From an uncultured virus (IMG/VR IMGVR_UViG_3300031774_000002) (Duplodnaviria; Heunggongvirae; Uroviricota; Caudoviricetes), in IMG/VR virus record IMGVR_UViG_3300031774_000002: DNA of 20,000 nucleotides; one strand, written 5' to 3'. Under the pieces are notes generated by a model. That model searched no databases, had not been told where the DNA came from, and saw nothing but the letters and a program-made list of their open reading frames with translations. The position numbers were made by a program, and so were the translations under genes. Positions within the stretch are counted from its first letter, which is position 1. Each line of letters starts with the position of its first letter. This document shows positions 1 to 7,586 of the stretch, one piece after another.

Positions 1-63
1 GAGTGATGCTCTTGCACCACCCCCAGTTAAAGCTCCAGCAAAATCATTTACATTAAACGCCAT
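1..63 (-). CDS. gp19: Tail tube protein, N-terminus only (runs off the window)
   Basis: Hand translation from the ATG at 63 gives MAFNVNDFAGALTGGGARASL, a typical T4-like gp19 N-terminus (GGAR motif). A GGAG SD lies at 73-76, directly downstream of gp18. Confidence 0.88.
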   Translation of the reverse strand, partial: MAFNVNDFAGALTGGGARASL

Positions 64-90
64 TTTTTTTATCTCCCGATTCTTATTTTA

Positions 91-98
91 TATTTATG
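91..98 (-). promoter_or_regulatory. Probable T4-type late promoter for gp19 (CATAAATA, 7/8 match), overlapping the gp18 stop
   Basis: The + strand reads TATTTATG at 91-98, about 30 nt upstream of the gp19 ATG. Confidence 0.55.
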
Positions 99-2040
99 CA
101 CGACCAACAATTTCAGAAAACTCAACGCCAGTTCGTACAGCAACAAAGTTCAACTGAATAAAGTTGATTGATCGGGCTGGTTTGATATAGATGTCGCCTA
201 TGAATTCATTACGATCTATAACTTCGCCAGTGTTATTTGTTCCGTCACATACTACAACGAAATCATTAATACCACGACGACCTTGAACATCTCTTAAGAA
301 AGGTTCAACTAAGTTCTTAAATTGACTTCTAGTGAATTCATCATTGAATTCGAATAAAGTAAATTGTGAAGCTGTAGAAATAGCCTTTTCTAGTACGATG
401 AACAGTCTACGAACATTAATACGATCAAATGCAGACGGTTTAGCTAACAGCGTCTTGTCTCCAAACAGTACAGTACCTTGTCCTGGAAATGTGACAACTG
501 GATTAATGCCTTTCTTATAAAGGGCATCACGATCGCCTTTAGTTGGATTATATGCTAATTTGACAACGCTCTTAACATTACCGCGATTGAATCCAGCAGG
601 TGAGTACCAAGGATCACGAGTAGTGTCAGTTTGTACCATCAAACCAGCTGTATCGGCATTTAAAGGAATGTAACGGTAAACATCATTGTACTTATCATAC
701 ATGTACTTCCAGCCACCATCCATAACTGCGTATGAAGATGAAGGTAATGAGTCGCGGAATGCAATTACATCAGCAACCTCTTTACCAGCATATGAGTTGT
801 TGTTAACAACATCAGCATACTCTGGTGAGATTACAGCGATACAATCTTTACGACTTTCAGCAATGTTTGTAATTAGGTATGTTGCTAATGTTTGGTCAGC
901 ATTACCACCCAACAAGAATGATACATCAACATCTTCAGAGGATTTGAATAAATCATATCCAACTATTTTTTGTGCTCCAGTCAGATCATTACCATCAGTA
1001 CCACCAGAAAGCGAGATGTTTTTAACACCTGATTTTATAGTCGCTTGATCAACAGTAAATGATTCGTCGGCTTCTGATGTTGTAGTTCCATCTAAAAATG
1101 TTTTATCAGAAACTTTAATAAATTGAGATTGTTGGTTTATAACTTCTCGGAAATTATTTCCTGCACCTTCTGCTGTTTTTGCATCAATTGCTTTGGAAAC
1201 AGAGCTATATGTTTCTAAGATAGCATTTTTGGTTCCTGTAATAAGACCATCTTCATCTATGACTGCTATATGAAGCTCATCAGTCGTACCACCACGATTA
1301 GTAGCAGTTGCTGAAGTTCCAGGTGCAGTATCAAAACTGTTGAAGTATTCCCAATTTCGTATTACACCATATTGCGCATTTGATGTTGTTCCATTATAGG
1401 TATCATCAATGAGCAATGTTACAAAAGCAGTGCTATTTGCGGATGGACCAGTACCAGTGGTTGTCACACTCAAAACTTTACTATCATGAGCGTTGTTTTC
1501 ACCTACAGATACTATATCACCCACGCTAAACTGTTCAGCTAAAGCGGTTGCTTGTGAATCGCCAGCAGCATCTATTACAACAGATTTTGTTCCATTAGCA
1601 ATTGTGTGTTTATCAGCTAATGTTTTTTGATATCCATTTGCACTAGCACAAACTGAAATTTTTATAGAGTTTCCTAATTTTCCAGGATACTTAGCATAAA
1701 AATTATCAGTTGTTGGTACAGTTGAATCATCATTTTTAATCATAACCTCAAAATTAGATTCTGATGCATTATTTGCTCCAGGACCAGCAACACGCACAAC
1801 ATTAAGTGCATTGCCGTATGCTAAAAAGTTTGCAGCCGTGAAAAAATCAACTGCATTATTTGAGTTCGGTTTTTGGAAAGTGCTCACAAGTCGATCTTCA
1901 GAGTCAACTAAAACTCTGTCCTCTACTGGACCCCACCTAAACTGACCAGCAATTGCACCTTCTGTGGTGGAAACTGCAGGAACAACTGTGGTAAGGTCGA
2001 TCTCGCTTACATTAACTCCAGGACTTACTTGGAATGGCAT
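94..2040 (-). CDS. gp18: Contractile tail sheath protein
   Basis: 648 aa with N-terminal SPGVNVSEIDLT and WGP, C-terminal PWYSPAGFNRG, GDKT, RINVRRLF, FEFND and IYIKPARSINFI. GGAG SD; position between gp17 and gp19. Confidence 0.97.
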   Translation of the reverse strand: MPFQVSPGVNVSEIDLTTVVPAVSTTEGAIAGQFRWGPVEDRVLVDSEDRLVSTFQKPNSNNAVDFFTAANFLAYGNALNVVRVAGPGANNASESNFEVMIKNDDSTVPTTDNFYAKYPGKLGNSIKISVCASANGYQKTLADKHTIANGTKSVVIDAAGDSQATALAEQFSVGDIVSVGENNAHDSKVLSVTTTGTGPSANSTAFVTLLIDDTYNGTTSNAQYGVIRNWEYFNSFDTAPGTSATATNRGGTTDELHIAVIDEDGLITGTKNAILETYSSVSKAIDAKTAEGAGNNFREVINQQSQFIKVSDKTFLDGTTTSEADESFTVDQATIKSGVKNISLSGGTDGNDLTGAQKIVGYDLFKSSEDVDVSFLLGGNADQTLATYLITNIAESRKDCIAVISPEYADVVNNNSYAGKEVADVIAFRDSLPSSSYAVMDGGWKYMYDKYNDVYRYIPLNADTAGLMVQTDTTRDPWYSPAGFNRGNVKSVVKLAYNPTKGDRDALYKKGINPVVTFPGQGTVLFGDKTLLAKPSAFDRINVRRLFIVLEKAISTASQFTLFEFNDEFTRSQFKNLVEPFLRDVQGRRGINDFVVVCDGTNNTGEVIDRNEFIGDIYIKPARSINFIQLNFVAVRTGVEFSEIVGRA

Positions 2041-2084
2041 TGTTATTCTCCTTTGGAAGAGTTTTTATTTCAATTCAGACTTGA

Positions 2085-2092
2085 TATTTATA
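2085..2092 (-). promoter_or_regulatory. T4-type late promoter TATAAATA for gp18
   Basis: Exact match (+ strand TATTTATA) in the gp17-gp18 intergenic region. Confidence 0.85.
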
Positions 2093-2104
2093 AAAACTCA
2101 ATGT

Positions 2105-3745
2105 TTAGTAATTTTCAAAGTTCCCATGAGTGATGTAATCTTGCGTGTCAAATGGGTCAGATGGTGTGTAATCTACAACATTATCATCAGGTATGCCATC
2201 ATCATGGAACCCAAATGGTAACATACTCTCCATCATTTCTTGATCTGTTTTTTCTCTTAATTGGATTAGTGTATTTATGTCTGTCATATCTTTAAAATAT
2301 GACTGGTCTGTCAGCCATGCAAATAAAACAAGACACATCACTAGATCATCATGAGCACCAGACTCTGCTTCATACGAGTTTCTTTTTCTCGAGAAAGTTG
2401 ATAGCTCTTTTATAGTATTAAAATCGTTAATTATAAGTTGATCTTGTTCAATCAACAGCTTTAGTATAGAACATCCTACAGCCTTCACGCTTTTAGTTGT
2501 TCTAATTCCTTTATCACACCTTTTGCTGAACCCAGTTGATATTCTTTTACCTGATCTTCCAGCACTTTCGGTGAATAATATGTTTTCATATTCAAATTCA
2601 TAATGAAGAAGCTCTGCGACTTGTTCACCAATATCATTTATTTCAACTAATACAGTCGCTTCATTAAAGCTCTTGCATGTTCTATATATTACTTCTGAGT
2701 ATTCAGCAGGAGTGATAAAGTTATCTCTGTAAACACAGACTTGTTTATATGGCATTTCTGTTATGTCTATTATCTGAAATGCTGAATAGTCTAAACCCTT
2801 TCCTCTTGATACATCAACGACACAAGCATAGGTATGATCTGGCTGTCCTTGATCATACATTGATATGCCACTACCCTCAACTAATGGTCTTTTATCCACT
2901 AATGTTTTTAGTTTACTACCATCAATCAATGTTCCAGAACTGCCAAGAAACTCACACTCATATTCTTGAGCAAACTTCTCAAGATCATAATCCATAGACT
3001 GCAATGTTTCTTCTTTCCAAGCATCATCTCTTCCAGGAACATCAGTCCAATTTACCCTGACATACTCATATCCATTTTTACCATCTCTAGCACCTTCGCA
3101 AGTTTTATAAAAATGATTCAAACCATTTGGTGTGGATGTCAATAATATTTTAGTTGTGTTACCAGAAGATATTGTGGGGAATACAGAAGCAAAAAATTCA
3201 TCCCAATTATCTACGAATGCAGTTTCATCAATGTATAGGAATGATACAGACTTACCACGAATAGCAGATGAGGATGTTGCAGCAGCAATAATTTTACAAC
3301 CATTCTCAAACTGAACTGAACCTTTGTTCCACTCAACGACACCTTGTTGCATCCATTGCGGTAGTGCTTCATATGCAATCTTAATTCTGTCAAGAATCTC
3401 ACGAGCTGAGTCGCCCTTGTTCGCAAGCAACGCAACAGTCTTATGCTCATTGAATAGAATGAAGTGTAATATAACAGCAACTGCGGTTGTAGTTTTACCT
3501 GCCTGCCGAGATGTGACCACAGTTACTCTACGATTATCAGTTATCTTCTCAATAATATCTCGTTGATAATCATACAGACGCATTGGTATTAGACCGTGAT
3601 CTACATGAACAATTTGTATGTAGTTCTCAGCAAAATAGAGTGGATCTTTAGCACACTTCACATATTCTGTGACTTGCTCTTGAGTCCAGCTGATCTGAAC
3701 ACCCTTCTTTTTGAGAAGAGCATTTCCATTATATGTATCAGCCAA
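2105..3745 (-). CDS. gp17: Terminase large subunit (TTG start)
   Basis: Q motif YDYQ, Walker A SRQAGKTT, Walker B FLYIDE, coupling motif TSTPNG, nuclease motifs VDVSRG and HDDLVM. No intein or intron visible. Confidence 0.97.
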   Translation of the reverse strand: MADTYNGNALLKKKGVQISWTQEQVTEYVKCAKDPLYFAENYIQIVHVDHGLIPMRLYDYQRDIIEKITDNRRVTVVTSRQAGKTTTAVAVILHFILFNEHKTVALLANKGDSAREILDRIKIAYEALPQWMQQGVVEWNKGSVQFENGCKIIAAATSSSAIRGKSVSFLYIDETAFVDNWDEFFASVFPTISSGNTTKILLTSTPNGLNHFYKTCEGARDGKNGYEYVRVNWTDVPGRDDAWKEETLQSMDYDLEKFAQEYECEFLGSSGTLIDGSKLKTLVDKRPLVEGSGISMYDQGQPDHTYACVVDVSRGKGLDYSAFQIIDITEMPYKQVCVYRDNFITPAEYSEVIYRTCKSFNEATVLVEINDIGEQVAELLHYEFEYENILFTESAGRSGKRISTGFSKRCDKGIRTTKSVKAVGCSILKLLIEQDQLIINDFNTIKELSTFSRKRNSYEAESGAHDDLVMCLVLFAWLTDQSYFKDMTDINTLIQLREKTDQEMMESMLPFGFHDDGIPDDNVVDYTPSDPFDTQDYITHGNFENY

Positions 3746-4184
3746 TTACGACAATGCCTTCTTTTATTAATCGCTCACGATTTTTTAAATGAGCTTCAGC
3801 AATATCATCTTTGTTTTGTCCGTGATAAGCGACAGCAAAACCTTCATCGATCATGATCTGAGTGGCTGGACGCCATGAATCAGTAGTTGCATCGTAGACA
3901 TCAAAGTCACCAAGTATACGACCGAACTTACCTTTCATATCTTCGCCTTTTTTACTCACTTGAGTTTTAAGGACAGACTGTTTACCGAGTAATGATTTTA
4001 GCTTTTCTTTGGCAGCAAGACCAAACTTTTTTTCAACCTTATCGCGAGTACGAGATTCAGGAGTATCAATACCCATAACACGAACACGCTCGCCTTTAAG
4101 CCATATACCAAACCCCAGATCAATATCTACATCTACAGTATCGCCATCTACGACACGAACAATCTTACATCTATAATCATACAT
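3738..4184 (-). CDS. Thermonuclease (SNase-like) family nuclease, 148 aa; start revised to ATG 4184
   Basis: Motifs VVDGDT, RVRVMGIDTPE and GKFGRILG match the staphylococcal nuclease catalytic segments. No signal peptide. The MYDYRC start overlaps the gp16 stop. Confidence 0.88.
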   Translation of the reverse strand: MYDYRCKIVRVVDGDTVDVDIDLGFGIWLKGERVRVMGIDTPESRTRDKVEKKFGLAAKEKLKSLLGKQSVLKTQVSKKGEDMKGKFGRILGDFDVYDATTDSWRPATQIMIDEGFAVAYHGQNKDDIAEAHLKNRERLIKEGIVVIG

Positions 4185-4611
4185 CTTTTTCTTCACCTTT
4201 AATTAATTTTTGTAAATCTGCTGTGCTACCAACAAACAGAGCATTATTAGTCACATTTGCTGGTTGATTATTTTCTTCTTCGCGCAGAAGTTTAACTTTC
4301 TTTTGAATGTCTAACAAATCTTTATTTGCATCAACAAGAGTTTTTGTTAGTTGTGAAACAACTTCGAATGCTCTTGGATGTTCACTTGCTTTGGCTAACT
4401 CAAGCAAATTATCAAGAGCATATGAACCTTTCTCTATAACATCATAGAGATTATCTCTGGCATAGGTGTAGTCTTTAGAGACATCATCTGGCAGATTTTT
4501 TGTTTTCTCTTCAAAGTTTGAACGAACTAATGATTGTTTTGGTTCATCATCTACAAGCTCTGCTTCAACTTCAAAAATTTCATTCAAATTATCTGTGACA
4601 TTGTTTTTCAT
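4177..4611 (-). CDS. gp16: Terminase small subunit
   Basis: DYTYARDNLY, SEHPRAFEV and NNALFVGSTADLQKL are characteristic of T4-like gp16; synteny agrees. Confidence 0.93.
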   Translation of the reverse strand: MKNNVTDNLNEIFEVEAELVDDEPKQSLVRSNFEEKTKNLPDDVSKDYTYARDNLYDVIEKGSYALDNLLELAKASEHPRAFEVVSQLTKTLVDANKDLLDIQKKVKLLREEENNQPANVTNNALFVGSTADLQKLIKGEEKDV

Positions 4612-4623
4612 AATTTTTCATAC

Positions 4624-5457
4624 CTAATCATCAATACCATCAAAGAAATCAAACTTATCAAAGGCTAATCCATATGTGCTGTTTGCACTCACCGATGAAT
4701 ATGCTACACTTGCTGACGAGTTTGTTGTTGGTGAACCATTTGCCAATAATCCTGGACTCAGTTTAATTCTACTGCTCGGTGCTTCATTTGTAGCTAGTGG
4801 CGACAATGTAGACGGCATGTTAAAATCGACCGTTGATCTTTTGATCACACCTCTATTGCTAGTTGGTCCAAAAATATAACCCTTGACTGTGAAGTTAAAA
4901 GTGTATATAATAGCTCTGCGAGTTTGAAAGTCTGCTTCATATGCATCTTCAATCGACATACCTTGCATGACTGTTGGTATGTCATAATAATGACCAGTCT
5001 CTTTAACCAACTTCAAACTGTGAGTAAACTCAGGTCTAAAGTAAGGCAGAATCTGTTCTGTAACCTGAACAGCATCTTCATTGTTAGCAAACATACCATA
5101 TAAAGAAATATTTATATCATATGGCACAGGTGTAAACTGAGAAACAGAAGCATTGTTGTTAGAAGAAATAGCTGTATTTTTCTGTAACTTATTTAATCCT
5201 CTGTTTGGAGAATATGACATATCAGTAATTTCAAACGAAAGTCTCGGGAGCTGAGTAGCAACTTGTCTATTCAAGTTTGGATCTTGATTTAATCTCGCCA
5301 AGAACTTTTCTTTTGGTCCATATGCTATCGGTACACGAATTGATTGAACAGCTACACCGCTTGTGTTAAAGCGAACAACATCAATATCGTTGAACATTGA
5401 GCCAAACATAATGATATATTTTCGAATCGCACCGTGATTATAATAGTTACCAAACAT
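4624..5457 (-). CDS. gp15: Tail sheath stabilizer / tail terminator
   Basis: FGSMFNDI, VPIAYGPKEKFLARL, LPRLSFE and EQILPYFRPEF motifs; synteny. Confidence 0.93.
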   Translation of the reverse strand: MFGNYYNHGAIRKYIIMFGSMFNDIDVVRFNTSGVAVQSIRVPIAYGPKEKFLARLNQDPNLNRQVATQLPRLSFEITDMSYSPNRGLNKLQKNTAISSNNNASVSQFTPVPYDINISLYGMFANNEDAVQVTEQILPYFRPEFTHSLKLVKETGHYYDIPTVMQGMSIEDAYEADFQTRRAIIYTFNFTVKGYIFGPTSNRGVIKRSTVDFNMPSTLSPLATNEAPSSRIKLSPGLLANGSPTTNSSASVAYSSVSANSTYGLAFDKFDFFDGIDD

Positions 5458-6222
5458 TTAGAAACCCTCACTAAATGGATTCATCTCACTGAAGTCAACA
5501 AAGTCTGCTGCTTTTAAGTCAAATGTGCTATTTCTTGCTGCTGAATCAGTTGATTCAATGCTATATTCTTCATTCAATACATTCTCTCCACTCTCCATGA
5601 CAAGATTATCGCCAGACTCATCAAGTATCTGGTTGTCCATTCTATCGCCAGAGTATAATGTCTCGATCTCATCAATGGTATTGATACCAGTGTTAAGCCT
5701 TTCATGGCTGTATTCAAACAACTCACAACGGAGATCATATGTTTGTAGTGAGCCAAGCTGGTAGAAAACAGATTCATGCTCAACAAACTTAACTTCAAAC
5801 AACTTATTATTGAGCGGAAAATAAATTAGATCACCCTCAACTGGACGACCTGCAGCTTTTGTTGTGTTTTCGTCTTGAATTTCTTCGCTGAATCTTCTGC
5901 GTGAAACAGTTAATGTCATTTCGTCTCTTATCTCAACATTAAACTTAGATAAGAAATCACCATCACCATCAAACCCATCTACTGACTTAATATACATCTC
6001 AATAGAATAAGCTGATAATGATTCACCATCACCATCACCATTTGTAACTGCGTCAAACTTAGACAGGGTATCTTCGCCAAAGACACCGTCTTCAGCAACT
6101 AATGTTCTGGGCATGTAATAACAATCTACACCATAAACCTTAATTGCCTCAGTTACGAGATCTTCTATAAGGTTTTGTTCTTCTGTAAATTGATAATTAT
6201 TAAAATATAAATTTGTAGCCAT
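5458..6222 (-). CDS. gp14: Neck / head completion protein
   Basis: EQNLIEDLV, YGVDCYYMPR, RPVEGDLIYFPL, FEVKFVEHE, FYQLG, CELFEYS and C-terminal DFSEMNPF. Confidence 0.93.
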   Translation of the reverse strand: MATNLYFNNYQFTEEQNLIEDLVTEAIKVYGVDCYYMPRTLVAEDGVFGEDTLSKFDAVTNGDGDGESLSAYSIEMYIKSVDGFDGDGDFLSKFNVEIRDEMTLTVSRRRFSEEIQDENTTKAAGRPVEGDLIYFPLNNKLFEVKFVEHESVFYQLGSLQTYDLRCELFEYSHERLNTGINTIDEIETLYSGDRMDNQILDESGDNLVMESGENVLNEEYSIESTDSAARNSTFDLKAADFVDFSEMNPFSEGF

Positions 6223-6226
6223 TTAA

Positions 6227-6967
6227 TTAGCCTATCATATCCATAGCTGGCATAGAGAATCGTTTCTGTACTTCTTCTTCTAACTTTTGGATTTCTTCAT
6301 TGGCTTCATTCCAAATATTTTGACCATTAAATGTTACTCCACCTGGAAGTTGTAAACCCTCAAACTTTTTAAGGTTTTCACCCCATTGTTTTTTGATTAA
6401 AGCAGTCGCATATTGACGCAACCACCAATCGCCCCAGACTTGCGTATTTGAGTCTGGATCAATAACTTGATAACACTCAACGATAATATACTCACCGACA
6501 TTTACTCTAGACCAGTCCATATCAATATGTAACTTGTCAGTGTGACGACTAAATCTTAATGGTTGCTTCCCTACAAATAACTCTTGTAGGAGAGCGATTC
6601 TTTCCATAGAAGAAGCATAATTCTGAAATTGTGCGTGTGACCAATCATAAACATCATTAAGTGTTATTTGATATCTAAGATTGAACATATTATTTGTATT
6701 AAGTCCAGCACCAATTGGAAAAATGTTTATCACACCATTAATAGTTTCGGGTATAGTTAAATACCCATTATTAATATCTGCTTGTGTTACTTGTGCTTTT
6801 AGAAAAGTTCTTTCGGTGCCATCATAATGATAATCTCTATAAAAATCTAATGCGTCATCTATACGATCATCTACTTGATCGTCATCAACATTAATTTCAA
6901 CAACTGGTGCACCGAGCCTGCGTAGGCAATATGTTTTGAATGTGCTTTTACTTGTAGGTACTGACAT
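6227..6967 (-). CDS. gp13: Neck / head completion protein
   Basis: YCLRRLGAPVVEINV, YHYDG and YATALIKKQWGENLKKFEGLQLPGGVTFNG. Confidence 0.94.
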   Translation of the reverse strand: MSVPTSKSTFKTYCLRRLGAPVVEINVDDDQVDDRIDDALDFYRDYHYDGTERTFLKAQVTQADINNGYLTIPETINGVINIFPIGAGLNTNNMFNLRYQITLNDVYDWSHAQFQNYASSMERIALLQELFVGKQPLRFSRHTDKLHIDMDWSRVNVGEYIIVECYQVIDPDSNTQVWGDWWLRQYATALIKKQWGENLKKFEGLQLPGGVTFNGQNIWNEANEEIQKLEEEVQKRFSMPAMDMIG

Positions 6968-7000
6968 ATGTATAGTCTCGAAGTCTGGATTAATCTAGAC

Positions 7001-7008
7001 TATTTATA
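7001..7008 (-). promoter_or_regulatory. T4-type late promoter TATAAATA for the gp13-gp17 unit
   Basis: Exact match 33 nt upstream of the gp13 ATG. Confidence 0.85.
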
Positions 7009-7049
7009 AGAACAATAAACAGTTATAATCTATCAACTACACCATAAAT

Positions 7050-7586
7050 TCATGAAGGTATGCCTTTAAACTTCCCATCTTCAAAATCATCCTCACCGAA
7101 CACAAAATCTTCATATGCATTTTTCAAATCATCATCCCAATATTTTTTTTCATGTTTTTCAATAGCAGCAAATGTGACCTCACAACCATCAAGTTCTGGA
7201 GTATCAGGTTCCCAATCAATTAACACAGTAGTTGAAACCAACATCATATTCCTCACTGCTTCTGCTAAATTATCGCCATGAGATTCTTCGGTTTTAGATG
7301 TAGTTGCTAGAGGATAAAAAATTAATCCATTTTGTATTCTTTCTTTCTTTAATAAGCCGTGTGTTGTTGTCATCTTTTTTGACAAGAATAATGGTTTAAA
7401 CTTCAAATATTTCTGAGGAACACCATCTTTTTTTCTGGCGATACGGCTCTCAGTTATTTCAACAACAGGAACTTGAGATTGAATTTTCGGAGATGGATCA
7501 AAATCTTCATATCTTTCACCCAGTTCTTTCCTTATATGTTCCAATTCTTCTTCTGTCATGTGGTAATTTTTATTTGATCTACTCAT
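7050..7586 (-). CDS. Hypothetical protein, 178 aa; start revised to ATG 7586
   Basis: ATGA overlap with the upstream stop (7583-7586) and a GAGGT SD at 7597-7601. No recognisable motif. Confidence 0.7.
   Translation of the reverse strand: MSRSNKNYHMTEEELEHIRKELGERYEDFDPSPKIQSQVPVVEITESRIARKKDGVPQKYLKFKPLFLSKKMTTTHGLLKKERIQNGLIFYPLATTSKTEESHGDNLAEAVRNMMLVSTTVLIDWEPDTPELDGCEVTFAAIEKHEKKYWDDDLKNAYEDFVFGEDDFEDGKFKGIPS

Noticed and set aside
3738..4184. Homing endonuclease or intron in the terminase locus
   Set aside because: The motifs are SNase-type, not HNH, GIY-YIG or LAGLIDADG, and gp16 and gp17 are both intact.
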